A stretch of DNA of 28,008 nt from a virus (IMGVR_UViG_3300022741_000088:1-28008); one strand, 5' to 3'; shown: positions 17,616 to 25,829, numbered from the stretch's first letter. Made by a program: numbers and translations. The notes: a model not told the origin generated them from the sequence alone.

Positions 17616-17677
17616 GCGGGGTGACTGCCTTCGGCGTTTCTGGCTGCACGCAGCCGCAACACCTCGACAGGCCCCGC
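17616..17677 (-). other. Long imperfect RNA hairpin downstream of gpM
   Basis: Nested pairs GCGGGG/CCCCGC, CTGTC/GGCAG, GGTGTT/AACGCC and GGCTGC/GCAGCC; G-U wobbles favour the minus (mRNA) strand. Confidence 0.55.
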
Positions 17678-17694
17678 TGGGGGTGGGTAGACGG

Positions 17695-18402
17695 TTACTC
17701 GGAGGCGTTGCCCTGCTCAGCCTTGCGCAACGCTTTCTCGCAGGCTTCGCGGCGGGTCTTCACGCCGATCTCGGGGTAAAGGGTTTCGGCTTGCTGGAAG
17801 TAGTCGATGGCTACGGCCCATTCCTCGCGCTCCATGGCCAGCACACCCAGCAACTTGCGGTAGCGGGCAGGGATGCGCTCGAACAGCTTCCACTCGTCTA
17901 CCAGCGGCAGAAGGTTGGAAACGTAGGGCTCGGGGCTACGGCCGGCCTTGTGCTCGGCCTCGGCCCAGTCGATCACCTCATCCGCGACGAAGGTCTGGAT
18001 GTTGCGGTCGAAGCCTTCCGGCAGCTTCTGGCCCTGTTCCATGGCGAAGGTGGCCAGCTCCAGGCCTTGCTCGAACTGGACGGTGTCGAACAGCCACACC
18101 AGGACGTACATCAGCACCGGATTGGCGTAGTTCAGGCCGCTATCGCGGTAGCGCTGCACGTACTCCAGGTACTTGGGCAGCAGCTCGTCGCGCTTGAGCA
18201 ACTGGCGTTGCTCGCGGCTGTCGATCTGGCTGATGCGCTCCAGGTCAACGGCCAGTGCCGACTCCATCAGCTTGAGGTGCTTCTGGGCGTTGGCCGGGCT
18301 GCTCAAGGCGTTGGCGGCGGTGTAGGGCTGGTCGGCCGGATCCGAGCGGGTGGGGGCACCACCCGCCAGGACGCGGCGCTTGTGGGCTAGGGCGAGGCTC
18401 AT
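17695..18402 (-). CDS. Terminase endonuclease (small) subunit, gpM
   Basis: KRDELLPKY, VWLFDT, Q.LPE.F.R and IGVKT motifs; follows the capsid gene. Confidence 0.9.
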   Translation of the reverse strand: MSLALAHKRRVLAGGAPTRSDPADQPYTAANALSSPANAQKHLKLMESALAVDLERISQIDSREQRQLLKRDELLPKYLEYVQRYRDSGLNYANPVLMYVLVWLFDTVQFEQGLELATFAMEQGQKLPEGFDRNIQTFVADEVIDWAEAEHKAGRSPEPYVSNLLPLVDEWKLFERIPARYRKLLGVLAMEREEWAVAIDYFQQAETLYPEIGVKTRREACEKALRKAEQGNASE

Positions 18403-19430
18403 TCCTCGTCCTCCAGGATCTCGACGTTCTCGGCCAGCGCGAACTTCTCCAACTGCTCGATCACATAGCCTTCGTTACGGCTGTTGAAATCCTCGACGCG
18501 GGAGCGGCGCGGGTTATCGATGCTCTGCTTACGCCAGCTGCTGTCCTGGTAGTAGATCGACAGGTTGTCCCAACTGGTGACCAGGACGGCATTCACCGGG
18601 AAGTTCGGCACGGTGAAGGCCGGCATGCCGCCATAGGTGGCAATCACCTGAGCGTTTTCGATGCGCTCTTTCTCGGTCGGGGTACCGGCCTGGTTGCTGT
18701 ACAACTTGGCTTTGTCCGCGTGCAGCAGATCGCTGCCGATGATCGCGATCAGGTCGCCATCGTCGCGCAGGATCTCGTCAACCATCTGCTTGACGTCATG
18801 CACCAGGGCATCGAGGTTGGCGTAATCGCCACCCTTACCCATAGTGATCTTGCCGGCCACCTTGTTGCCTTGCTGTAGCACCTGCGCCGGGATCAGTTCG
18901 CGGGCCTGTTGTAGCCAGCCTTTGTTCACGTCCTGCAGCTTCGGATAAGCCTCCGGATCGGTGTCGGCAGCCGCGTGGGTACCGTGAAAGCCGATGATGA
19001 TCCGATCCTGTGCAATGCGTTTCTGCACGGCGGCCGAGTAACGGTCGGCAAAGTCGGGAAACTTCGCCCAGGCGTCGACCTTTGCATAGGGCAAGCCCAC
19101 GTCCGAGTGGGTGTCGGCCAACTCGTACTGGGTGCTATCCAGGCCGGATACGTCACGGGCCACGCGATCCTTGGTCTTGGTGTTGGTGCGGCCAGTGACC
19201 GGGCCATTAACACCAATGAAGACCTTCTCGCCCTTGATCTGGCTTACCGGCACCACGTTGATGCGCTCCAGGAAGTCAGCACGAGCGGTGATCGCATCGT
19301 TCAGATCCTGGGCAATCGACGGCTCGACGGAGAACTGTTTGCTGGCATCGTCTACGCCGTAGCTCTCGGCCATGTCGACCTGGAGCTGGGCATAACGCTC
19401 GACGGCGTTCTGGCTAAGTGGCTGCGCCAT
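18399..19430 (-). CDS. Major capsid protein, P2 family (gpN)
   Basis: Start MAQPLSQ at 19430; FSVEPS, DRIIIGFHG, LQDVNKGWLQ, NLSIYYQ and NEGYVIE motifs. Confidence 0.95.
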   Translation of the reverse strand: MAQPLSQNAVERYAQLQVDMAESYGVDDASKQFSVEPSIAQDLNDAITARADFLERINVVPVSQIKGEKVFIGVNGPVTGRTNTKTKDRVARDVSGLDSTQYELADTHSDVGLPYAKVDAWAKFPDFADRYSAAVQKRIAQDRIIIGFHGTHAAADTDPEAYPKLQDVNKGWLQQARELIPAQVLQQGNKVAGKITMGKGGDYANLDALVHDVKQMVDEILRDDGDLIAIIGSDLLHADKAKLYSNQAGTPTEKERIENAQVIATYGGMPAFTVPNFPVNAVLVTSWDNLSIYYQDSSWRKQSIDNPRRSRVEDFNSRNEGYVIEQLEKFALAENVEILEDEE

Positions 19431-19431
19431 A

Positions 19432-20376
19432 TCAGAGCACCTTCTTCTTGGCCGGGACAGCGGCACCGGCTGTGCGCGGCAGGGTGCGGCCGCCGGCGGT
19501 GTTTTCCAACGCGCTGAAACGCTTGTCCAGGGCGGCGATTGCGGCGGCAACCTTGCTCAGCTCACTGCCTTTGCCTTGAGGCTTGCGGCGTGCGAACTCG
19601 CGGTTTTCCTCGACCTTATCCAGGATGTCCTGGACTGCCTCGGCGACGGTCGTTACTTCGTCCTGGTCTTCAGGTTCCTCGTCCAGTTCGTCGGTTTCCG
19701 GCTTGAGCAGCGCCTGCATGCCGGCGATGACGAGCATCTGCTGCTCGATCAGCGCGGCCAGCGCCAGTGCTGTGGCTTCATCCATTGGTTTGGGGCTCTC
19801 GGTGTTGGGTGGCGGGGGAGTGGTGGGGGTGGCCTCGACTGCGAAGCGCTTGAAAAAGGTGGTCAGTGCGTTGATCAGCCCTTTGGCATCGGTGCTGTCG
19901 GTTTCGGCGTCGCGCAACTGACCCAGCTCGACGGAAGCTGCGTAGTAGGTGGCCTTGTTGGAGCGGCGGGAGAAATACAGCTCCTGGGTGCCCAGGCTGG
20001 CGGGCTCGTCGGTGACGGCCAGGCCGGTGAGGTATGCCTTGCCGGTGTTGGCGAAGTTCGGCCAGATCTCGATGCTGGTGAACAGCTTTTCGCCCTGGTC
20101 GTTGAGCCACAGCAGCTTGTCGTTGGGCTTCAACTGGGCTTCCAGGGCGACCTGGCCTTCTTCCAGTTCCGGATCATCCTCGATCAGGCGCACGGCAAAC
20201 ACGGTGCCGTGCGAGCCCCAGCAGCGCTCATGCTCGGCCCAGATCACAGCGGTATAGCGAGACGGCTTATAGGTCTCGGCTATGTCGCGCAGCTCCTGCG
20301 GAGTGATCTCGCGGCCGTCGACGGTTGGGCCGCTGACGGCTACGCGTTTCCAGTAGGAGACAAGGGAACGGGGCAT
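19432..20376 (-). CDS. Capsid scaffolding protein/protease (gpO)
   Basis: SGPTVDGREI, IWAEH and YLTGLAVTDEPASLGT motifs. Confidence 0.94.
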   Translation of the reverse strand: MPRSLVSYWKRVAVSGPTVDGREITPQELRDIAETYKPSRYTAVIWAEHERCWGSHGTVFAVRLIEDDPELEEGQVALEAQLKPNDKLLWLNDQGEKLFTSIEIWPNFANTGKAYLTGLAVTDEPASLGTQELYFSRRSNKATYYAASVELGQLRDAETDSTDAKGLINALTTFFKRFAVEATPTTPPPPNTESPKPMDEATALALAALIEQQMLVIAGMQALLKPETDELDEEPEDQDEVTTVAEAVQDILDKVEENREFARRKPQGKGSELSKVAAAIAALDKRFSALENTAGGRTLPRTAGAAVPAKKKVL

Positions 20377-20409
20377 TGATCGGGGCTCGGTGTCGGTTCA
20401 GTTGCCGCC

Positions 20410-20528
20410 ACGATAGGCACCGAAAATGGGCCGAACAAACGGTTTGCCTGAGCGGAATTCCTAGCGCTGAAAACTAGGAATTACCCGCATTTTTAGGGCG
20501 CGTTCGGGCTGTTTTCGCCGCATAGACT
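20410..20528. promoter_or_regulatory. Divergent late promoters with a central inverted-repeat activator site
   Basis: AATTCCTAG-N9-CTAGGAATT (20456-20482). The -10-like TATCGT (minus, 20415-20410) and TAGACT (plus, 20523-20528) each start 54 bp from its centre. Confidence 0.65.
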
Positions 20529-20535
20529 GCGGCCT

Positions 20536-22584
20536 ATGCCATACGCCATCGAAGTGAAAGAAGCCGCAAAACGCCTATACCTTCGCCGCGCCAAACCGAA
20601 GGAAATACAGGCCCAACTCGGCTTGCCCAATGTCCGGATCGTCTATTACTGGATCGCCAAAGGCGGCTGGGACGAGATGCTTACGGACGAGGAACCGCTG
20701 GCCGCGATCAGCCGGCGAATCACCTTGCTCCTGGAGAAACCCGAGACCCTGACCAAGGGCGAGCTGGACGAACTCGACCGCCTGACGGGGATCCGCGAAC
20801 GCCTGCAGAAGCAAGCCGCCAGGCCGGTACCGCAACCCGCCGGCACGCCACAGGTAGAGCACCAGGTGCGTGACCAGGGCGAGCAGCGCAACCAGCGTCG
20901 CGACAGGGGCGAGCGGGGCGGCAAGCGTAAAGAGAAGAAGCCCAAGAACGACATCAGCGGCCTGACCGAAGTCGACTTCCTGGAGAAGTTCACTTCGACC
21001 ATGTACGGCTACCAGAAGGAGTTGCACCAGGCCAAGCTGAACCCGCTGACATGCCGGATACGGAATGTCCTGAAATCGCGTCAGGTGGGCGCCACATACT
21101 ACTTCGCGGCCGAAGCGTTCATGGACGCGGTGCTGACGGGCGACAACCAGATGTTCTTGTCTGCCAGCCGCGCCCAGTCGGAGATTTTCCGCAGCTACAT
21201 CGTTGGCTTCGCCAGCAAGTGGTTCAACATCGAGCTGACCGGCAATCCGATCATTCTCAGCAACGGCGCCGAACTGCGCTTCCTGTCGACTAACAGCAGC
21301 ACCGCCCAGGGCTACCACGGCCACGTCTACGTCGACGAATACTTCTGGATCCGTGATTTCGAGAAGCTACGCACCGTGGCCAGTGCCATGGGCACCCACA
21401 AAAAGTGGCGGCAAACGTACTTTTCCACACCCAGCGCCGTTTCCCACCAGGCTTACCCGTTTTGGACGGGCGAGGCCTACCGCAACAGCAAGCGCGGTAA
21501 AAAATCGGATCAGGCTTGGCCGGCCGAGTCGGCCTACACCGCTGGAGCGCTATGCCCAGATGGCCAGTGGCGCAAGGTCATCACCATTCAGGATGCCATC
21601 GCTGGCGGGTGCGACCTGTTCGACCTCGAGCAGTTGCGCAACGAGTACGACGACGACCGCTTCGAACAGCTGTTCATGTGCAAATTTATCGACAGCAGCC
21701 AGTCGGCCTTCGCCCTGGCCGACCTCGAGCGCTGCTACTCCGACCTTGGCCTGTGGACGGACTACGACCCAGACGATGATCGTCCGTTCGGCAACAGCCC
21801 TGTCTGGCTTGGCTACGACCCCAGCCGTACCCGCGACGACGCTACCTGCGTTGTCGTGGCGCCGCCGCTGGAGCAGGGCGGTAAGTTCCGGATACTGGAG
21901 AAGCACAGTTGGCGTGGAACCTCATTCACCCACCAGGCCGCACAGGTCAAGAAGCTGTGCGAGCGCTTCAACGTCCAGCACATCGGTATCGACATCACCG
22001 GCGTGGGCTATGGGGTGTTCGACCTGGTGCGCGACTTCTACCCACGGGCGACCGCCATTCACTACAGCCTTGAGGCCAAAAACGCCCTGGTGCTCAAGGC
22101 CCAGGACACGATCACCGGCAGCCGTATCGAGTGGGACGCAGGCTGGAGCGATATCGCCGCGGCCTTCCTGACGATCAAGCGCGGCACCACCAACAGCGGC
22201 CAGATCACCTACAGCGCGTCGCGCACCGACGCCACCGGCCACGCCGATATCGCCTGGGCAATCATGCACGCCCTGGCCCATGAACCCCTCAACACCAACA
22301 AGCGGCGCCGCAGCCGCTATGCGATGAGCACCCAGAACAGCCATGGCCAAACGAAGAAAGCAGCAGCAAAAACCGCCACGCCAGCAGCCCATGCGCGCCT
22401 TTACGTTCGGCGCGCCCGAGGCGGTGTTGACCGAGAACATCGGCAGTTACATGGGCGTGTTCGCCAGCGAGAACGGACGCATCTACACCCCGCCGGTGTC
22501 GCGCCCCGGGCTGGCCAAGCTGTTGCGGGCCAACGCGCACCACGGTGCCATTCCCAAGTTCAAACGCAACATGCTGCTGCGTGA
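20536..22584 (+). CDS. Terminase ATPase (large) subunit, gpP
   Basis: N-terminal HTH, LKSRQVGAT (Walker A), VYVDEYFW (Walker B), GYDPSR and HADIAWA motifs. The last ~80 codons overlap the portal gene. Confidence 0.95.
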   Translation: MPYAIEVKEAAKRLYLRRAKPKEIQAQLGLPNVRIVYYWIAKGGWDEMLTDEEPLAAISRRITLLLEKPETLTKGELDELDRLTGIRERLQKQAARPVPQPAGTPQVEHQVRDQGEQRNQRRDRGERGGKRKEKKPKNDISGLTEVDFLEKFTSTMYGYQKELHQAKLNPLTCRIRNVLKSRQVGATYYFAAEAFMDAVLTGDNQMFLSASRAQSEIFRSYIVGFASKWFNIELTGNPIILSNGAELRFLSTNSSTAQGYHGHVYVDEYFWIRDFEKLRTVASAMGTHKKWRQTYFSTPSAVSHQAYPFWTGEAYRNSKRGKKSDQAWPAESAYTAGALCPDGQWRKVITIQDAIAGGCDLFDLEQLRNEYDDDRFEQLFMCKFIDSSQSAFALADLERCYSDLGLWTDYDPDDDRPFGNSPVWLGYDPSRTRDDATCVVVAPPLEQGGKFRILEKHSWRGTSFTHQAAQVKKLCERFNVQHIGIDITGVGYGVFDLVRDFYPRATAIHYSLEAKNALVLKAQDTITGSRIEWDAGWSDIAAAFLTIKRGTTNSGQITYSASRTDATGHADIAWAIMHALAHEPLNTNKRRRSRYAMSTQNSHGQTKKAAAKTATPAAHARLYVRRARGGVDREHRQLHGRVRQRERTHLHPAGVAPRAGQAVAGQRAPRCHSQVQTQHAAA

Positions 22585-23350
22585 GTTCATCCCGTCTGCA
22601 GGCTGCAGCGCGGCCACCATGGGCCGGGCCGGGCTCGACTACATGGTGTTCGGCGAAGCCTACTTCTACGCCCGGGAAAACGTGTTCGGCCAGGTGCTCG
22701 AGCTGGAGCACCTACCGACAATCAACATGCGGGTAAAAGTGGATGGCGGTTTCGTCATGCTGCAGCCCAATGGCCAGGAACTGGAGTTCGACGCCGACGA
22801 GGTGGTGCACGTCATGGACTACGACGTGGAACAGAACATCTACGGTGTACCCGACTACTTGGGCGGCCTGCAGGCGCTGCTGTTGAACGAAGCCGCGACC
22901 CTGTTCCGCCGGCGCTACTACAGCAACGGCGCCCACGCCGGTTACATCTTCTACACCAACGACCCGGATCTGTCGGAGGACGACGAGGAGGAACTGCGCG
23001 CGCAGATCTCGGCCAGCAAGGGCGTCGGCAACTTCCGCTCGATGTTCGTGAATATCCCGGGTGGTACCGAGAAAGCGATTCAGATCATCCCGGTGGGCGA
23101 TTTCCAAGCGAAGGACGAGCTGGAGAAGGTGAAGAACATCACCAGGAATGACGTGATCGCGGCCTGGAGGATGAACCCGGCCCTGGCCGGCATCATCCCT
23201 GAGAACAGCGCCGGCTTCGGCGATATCGAGAAAATCGACCGCGTTTACACCGCCAACGAAATCCGGCCGATCTGCCAGATTTTCGACCAGGTGAACGACC
23301 GCCTTCGGGAGGATCGGCGTATCAGTTGGCGGGAGCCGATGACTATATGA
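22343..23350 (+). CDS. Portal protein (gpQ, PBSX family)
   Basis: QNIYGVPDY, ATLFRRRYYSNGAHAG, KGVGNFRSMF and GFGDIEK motifs. Confidence 0.95.
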   Translation: MAKRRKQQQKPPRQQPMRAFTFGAPEAVLTENIGSYMGVFASENGRIYTPPVSRPGLAKLLRANAHHGAIPKFKRNMLLREFIPSAGCSAATMGRAGLDYMVFGEAYFYARENVFGQVLELEHLPTINMRVKVDGGFVMLQPNGQELEFDADEVVHVMDYDVEQNIYGVPDYLGGLQALLLNEAATLFRRRYYSNGAHAGYIFYTNDPDLSEDDEEELRAQISASKGVGNFRSMFVNIPGGTEKAIQIIPVGDFQAKDELEKVKNITRNDVIAAWRMNPALAGIIPENSAGFGDIEKIDRVYTANEIRPICQIFDQVNDRLREDRRISWREPMTI

Positions 23351-23373
23351 AAAAGCCCCGCAGATGCGGGGCT
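23350..23373 (-). terminator. Rho-independent terminator between convergent portal and DUF2442 genes
   Basis: Minus strand AGCCCCGCA-TC-TGCGGGGCT followed by TTTT. Confidence 0.8.
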
Positions 23374-23378
23374 AGAGG

Positions 23379-24077
23379 TTAGGCCTTTCTTTTTTCTTCT
23401 TCCCAGTCAGAAATTATAGAAAATTCGTCCTCAGCAAGGTTCGAATATTGGTCGTACTCATAATGATATGTCGGGATGATAAGTGGGGCATCAAGGTGTT
23501 CTAACTCATAGCCGACAAATTCTTTGGAGTATGCTTCGATTAAATATTCATGCTGAGATGATGCTGCATGTATGTCATGTCTTAGTCGTAAACTAATTCC
23601 TGCCATGGTCTCAGTTATATGATAATGGTTTTCTATGTTTGTCATAGAGTGATCCCAGCCAATCATCGCTAAGGCGACTGTTCGGGGTATATCTTTTTCC
23701 CCGCTACGATAGTAGGCCAGCATTCTGCGACTTATACCCAAGGCTTGAGCTGCTGCATCAAGTGTTAGGTTATTTGAGGCCATCCAGCGTTGTAGTTTTT
23801 CGTGAGAACACTCTCCGGCTTGTTCAAGCGCTCTTGCTCGGAGATTATCAGCAGCTAGTTCAAGCTCGTCGTTATTATCCCAAAGAATACTGGCGCCCCA
23901 GTCTCCAACTTCTACTTTGGCGAAGACTTCAGGATTAAGTAATGGGAAAAGTGTAGGGTGTGATCGAAGCACTTCCTCTAAATCAACCGAGTAAGATTTC
24001 CCATCAGCGAACGTCAGTTGTAGAACGTACGGAGTGACTGGGATAACGGAACGTATGGTGAACTGAGGAATTCTCAT
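23379..24077 (-). CDS. DUF2442 + XRE-type HTH protein (putative antitoxin) with long C-terminal extension
   Basis: LQLTFADG...VDL...L.NPEVF..V...G.SILW (DUF2442); LTLDAAAQALGISRRMLAYYRSGEK (HTH); ATGA-coupled to DUF4160; 232 aa. Confidence 0.85.
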   Translation of the reverse strand: MRIPQFTIRSVIPVTPYVLQLTFADGKSYSVDLEEVLRSHPTLFPLLNPEVFAKVEVGDWGASILWDNNDELELAADNLRARALEQAGECSHEKLQRWMASNNLTLDAAAQALGISRRMLAYYRSGEKDIPRTVALAMIGWDHSMTNIENHYHITETMAGISLRLRHDIHAASSQHEYLIEAYSKEFVGYELEHLDAPLIIPTYHYEYDQYSNLAEDEFSIISDWEEEKRKA

Positions 24078-24304
24078 GGGTTCAACCTCTTCCACTCGCG
24101 TTTCAGCAGCGCCAGATTCTGATCCGCCCAAGCCAGCGCATCATCGATTTCTCGCAGCTTTAGCTTACAGGGCAATAGTGCGAGACCTTCAATTTCGACC
24201 AAAGCCTCTCGACCATCGTTCAAAACCACATGAAAGTGGGGCGGAGGGTGATCAGCTGGGTACATTTTGATGTTGCAATTTGGGAGGCGCTGGATGGTCG
24301 GCAT
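24074..24304 (-). CDS. DUF4160 domain protein (putative HicA-like toxin)
   Basis: MPTI...IKMYPADHPPPHFHV...EALVEI...W....L...W pattern; 76 aa. Confidence 0.88.
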   Translation of the reverse strand: MPTIQRLPNCNIKMYPADHPPPHFHVVLNDGREALVEIEGLALLPCKLKLREIDDALAWADQNLALLKREWKRLNP

Positions 24305-24327
24305 AAGCTAGCTTTGAATCGGACATA

Positions 24328-24342
24328 GTGCAATGGTTGCAC
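24328..24342. promoter_or_regulatory. Palindromic putative operator upstream of the DUF4160/DUF2442 pair
   Basis: GTGCAA-TGG-TTGCAC perfect inverted repeat 23 bp upstream of the DUF4160 ATG. Confidence 0.55.
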
Positions 24343-24484
24343 CGTTGTCAGTGTTTGTCACGATGTCTATGTGTGCGGGCTGATCTGGCGCGTTGTGCCG
24401 AAGAGGCAGGAACGTTTCGTTTCGGTTAAGACCGCTTCTGCGTTATGGCAAAATCGTTTTCTGTTCAGGTAGTTGGAGCATCAA

Positions 24485-24742
24485 ATGCTGGTTATCTGCA
24501 AGGTATGTCAGGGCAAGGGGCGAATCGCTACCAGCGACCGACTGTCGTCGGAGTTCACCCGCTTGTATTGCCACTGTATGGATCCATGCTGCGGGCATAC
24601 CTGGGTCACCAACCTTACCTTCTCTCACACCCTGAGCCCATCCGCGCAGGCGGCCGACCGTCTCCTGTTTGACCGCCTGCGGTGCCTCTCACGTGCTGAG
24701 CAGCGTGAGCTGTTCGATCAACTGGCTACAGCGTCTTCATAA
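24485..24742 (+). CDS. ogr: Ogr/Delta-like zinc-finger late transcription activator
   Basis: CKVC-x-LYCHCMDPCCGHTW...FSHTLSPSA; GGAG SD before ATG 24485. Confidence 0.9.
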   Translation: MLVICKVCQGKGRIATSDRLSSEFTRLYCHCMDPCCGHTWVTNLTFSHTLSPSAQAADRLLFDRLRCLSRAEQRELFDQLATASS

Positions 24743-24924
24743 CGCTGCAGCGCGTCCACGGCATCATCCAGCCGCCTGAGAGTTCTGACCCCAATATCTG
24801 CAAAGCCAGCCTGACCGCGTTCGCTCAACACAAGGCCGGAACTGGTGATTTCCACCAGCAGGCACAAGGTATGGCCCACGTCATCAAGCTCGCCACGAAT
24901 ATGGGTCAGCTCCAGGGATTCCAT
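24718..24924 (-). CDS. Small hypothetical protein (68 aa)
   Basis: AAGGAG 7 nt before ATG 24924; converges on ogr with a 25-nt overlap. Confidence 0.6.
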   Translation of the reverse strand: MESLELTHIRGELDDVGHTLCLLVEITSSGLVLSERGQAGFADIGVRTLRRLDDAVDALQRYEDAVAS

Positions 24925-24982
24925 CGCATTACTCCTTAATATCCGATTGCCACTATTGGCGGTGCGGGAGTCTGAGGGGCAG

Positions 24983-25011
24983 AAAGAAAAAGCCCCGCGT
25001 ATGGCGGGGCT
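24983..25011 (-). terminator. Rho-independent terminator (minus strand)
   Basis: AGCCCCGC-CATAC-GCGGGGCT followed by TTTTCTTT on the minus strand. Confidence 0.75.
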
Positions 25012-25154
25012 CTTCGGGATCAGACGGTAATGCAGGGAAATCACGGTTAAGCGTCTATAAGCCTCAATATCCTTAAGTAGGCTGGAACGCACCTAGCGAA
25101 GCGCATTACCATCGGGCTCATGGCAACAAGCCATGATCGAACTAAGGACAGCCG

Positions 25155-25397
25155 ATGTACGTATACAAAATGGTTCAAGTTCCGCCGAATATTGAAGTCA
25201 AGGCGAGCAAGCACAAGGGCAATGAGGCAGCGGTTTACCTGGAAAGCATCGCTAACCAATATGCCGAAGAGGGGTGGGAGTTCTACCGCGTGGACAGCAT
25301 CGGTGTAGCGGTTCAGGTGGGCTGCTTCGATGCCCTCGCTGGTAAGAAAGCGTCGAACTCCAATTATTACGTCATCACCTTTCGCAAGCCGCGGTGA
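25155..25397 (+). CDS. DUF4177 domain protein
   Basis: Y.YKMV...LESIANQYAEEGWEFYRVD...YYVITFRKP pattern; TAAGGA SD. Confidence 0.78.
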   Translation: MYVYKMVQVPPNIEVKASKHKGNEAAVYLESIANQYAEEGWEFYRVDSIGVAVQVGCFDALAGKKASNSNYYVITFRKPR

Positions 25398-25600
25398 TCA
25401 CACGCCTGCTATTGGCGTTGATTCGCCTCTACCAACGGGTAGCCCCTCAGCGATTGCGAGGGGCTTGCCGCTTTGAACCAAGTTGTTCGAGCTACGCCAT
25501 GCTAGCCATCCAGAAATATGGCCCCTGGAAGGGTATGCGCATGGCGTTAAGCCGGATCCATCGTTGCCGCATTCCTAATGGCGGTGAGGATTACCCGTAG
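25394..25600 (+). CDS. yidD: YidD-family (membrane protein insertion efficiency / haemolytic domain) protein
   Basis: LIRLYQ...CRFEPSCSSYAMLAIQKYG..KG....RIHRC....GGEDYP; GTGA overlap with DUF4177. Confidence 0.88.
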   Translation: MITRLLLALIRLYQRVAPQRLRGACRFEPSCSSYAMLAIQKYGPWKGMRMALSRIHRCRIPNGGEDYP

Positions 25601-25610
25601 TCGACAGTTG

Positions 25611-25829
25611 TCACTGCGTTCCCTCCAGCTCGGCCAGTCGCAGGCTCAGCAGCCGAACCAGGTTCTTCTGGTGCTCCAGCTCCTGGTCGATGGCCAGTGA
25701 GCGCTCCAGGCGAAAGATGATCTCGCCGTTCATGCTGCGATGGTTGTCGCCAGCCACTTCTTGGATCTGGTCGCGCAAGCCGTCAGGCATGCGCACCACG
25801 AATTTGTCAGCAGTACGCGAATCAGCCAT
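25611..25829 (-). CDS. Arc-family ribbon-helix-helix DNA-binding protein (AmrZ/AlgZ-like)
   Basis: [40 protein letters not shown]; GGAGG SD before ATG 25829. Confidence 0.9.
   Translation of the reverse strand: MADSRTADKFVVRMPDGLRDQIQEVAGDNHRSMNGEIIFRLERSLAIDQELEHQKNLVRLLSLRLAELEGTQ

Noticed and set aside
3140-22736. Many long alternative-frame and antisense ORFs (e.g. 11618..12997 +, 8031..9137 +, 9250..10155 +, 19576..20379 +)
   Set aside because: Shadow ORFs expected in high-GC coding DNA; they overlap well-supported phage genes and have no motifs.
24345-24361. TTGTCA direct repeat, Pho-box-like
   Set aside because: The period is 10 bp rather than 11 bp and there are only two short copies; insufficient support.
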